From: Nemertoderma westbladi
Lineage: Eukaryota; Animalia; Xenacoelomorpha
NCBI GenBank assembly: GCA_032718475.1
Contig: JAUCBJ010001285.1
Location: 1-48,837, forward strand
Direction of reading: 5' to 3'
DNA length: 48,837 bases
A program made the position numbers and the translations under genes. Below the pieces are notes generated by a model. The model saw only the letters and a list, made by a program, of their open reading frames with translations. It did not search any database and was not told the origin of the DNA. Positions 47,561-48,837 of the stretch are shown here, in pieces. Position 1 is the stretch's first letter. Each line of letters begins with the position of its first letter.

Positions 47561-48837
47561 GAAATTGAAAAGTTAAGACATTTAATTGGGGATCGGCTAG
47601 AGACTCCGAAGTAATGACATAGGCCTACCGGTACGGTACTGCTGTACTGTACAAGTACGAAATTGCAGAATAATAATTTGACACCACCTAGCGGATTAAT
47701 ATATAATTGTATATCGATCGTATACATTTTATAGCATGGGGTATAGGGTCCGAGCCACGTAGTTGGTGGAGCCTTTGCGAACTGACGCTATCTCTTTTCT
47801 TAGGGGGGTAGGTAAATTATGGCAAATAGTTCATTCAATAATGGTACTGTATGTCATCATCGTCGCTACGATTTTAACTTACTTATAACTTCGTCGGATT
47901 TAAAGCTTCCGAGTCTAAAATTAGTAGGCATCAATAAGACCATAAGTTTTGTTTTTTAGGGACTTCCAGACACCATCAAATCCTCAGTCTCTCGCTAGAG
48001 GGCTACATGTCTAGATATTAAATATCCTCACATTTTCTTTGCTTTAAACCCGTTCTAGCTGAAACTTGGCATATTTGTACTAGACCATTAACTGTGTCAT
48101 TCAAATTAGGCTCATCTGTCTGCAGTTCTCTAGTCTGCCGCTAGAGGGCAAAATATCTCAAAGTGCAATCACTGATTTAGCTGAAACGTCAGAATGTGCT
48201 AGAACACGTCCGGTGTGTTTGCCGGGCTAGGAATCAGTCCGACCAGTTCCACCTCACCACTATTCCAGCAAGGTGTAATTCTATAGGACATGCAATAGTG
48301 TTAGGCCCCAGAGTAATAAGACAGCTTGCTTATTGTTTATCTCGCAAAATGATTGGCTGAGTATTTAATGAAGATTCTTTAGAATAAATATAGCGAAATA
48401 ATTTTGTTGAGACATCGACATGGTATATTAATATTTCAGTATCAATACTAAAACGTCATAATGTAAGTTATAATATTTCTTATAAATTGGGTCGCCTCCA
48501 CGCCTAAAATATATTACTTTTAAAACACCAATTTTCTGTTAATACCTGCCTGTGAACAATCCTCTGTGTACCTTTGGGTTGGGGTGCAGATTAAGGGGGG
48601 GGGGGGGGGGGGGGTTGAAAGCGAGCAACTTTCCCCTCTTATGATTTATTTGCGGTTTGGTTAATTTCTTAAATACAGATTTTGTGTTAGAATTGCTCAA
48701 TTTTAATTTGTATCTCATAACTGAGCCTCGTGCTGCGCGAAGGCCCCACGAACGTGTATTCATAGGCGAATTGACTGTATTTATTTAGCCCTGTTGGGCT
48801 GCAGTACAGCAGTATGGCTTGCTATTACAGTAATAGT

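Overview
This is AT-rich animal (probably invertebrate) genomic DNA, mostly nested transposable elements; the species cannot be determined from the sequence. All domain and family calls are by eye from motifs, with no searches run. (1) One host gene looks intact. It is a minus-strand spliced gene missed by the ORF track (6480 to <1; six exons with phase-compatible junctions) encoding signal peptide + PAN/Apple domain + linker + Ca-binding EGF repeats, with a 43-bp satellite in intron 3. (2) A second host-type gene, a GT32-like glycosyltransferase 5' end, is broken by an RTE insertion and lies in a near-perfect 2031-bp tandem duplication. (3) The most notable structure is 19638-29514: three nested DNA transposons with TATGG-like termini. 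The two larger ones each carry an IS3EU-like DDE transposase facing a HECT E3 ubiquitin ligase remnant, and each tier has its own subterminal motif array (ACTGCAGT, GGACGTCC, TTGCCGCAA). All coding parts are decayed. (4) A ~150-nt tRNA-headed element is followed directly by a minimal type-I hammerhead ribozyme core (two copies), near a Penelope RT fragment. (5) The rest comprises a decayed Gypsy element, RTE, RTEX-like and CR1/L2 LINE pieces, tRNA-derived SINEs, and piggyBac-, mariner- and Mutator-type MITEs with visible TSDs.
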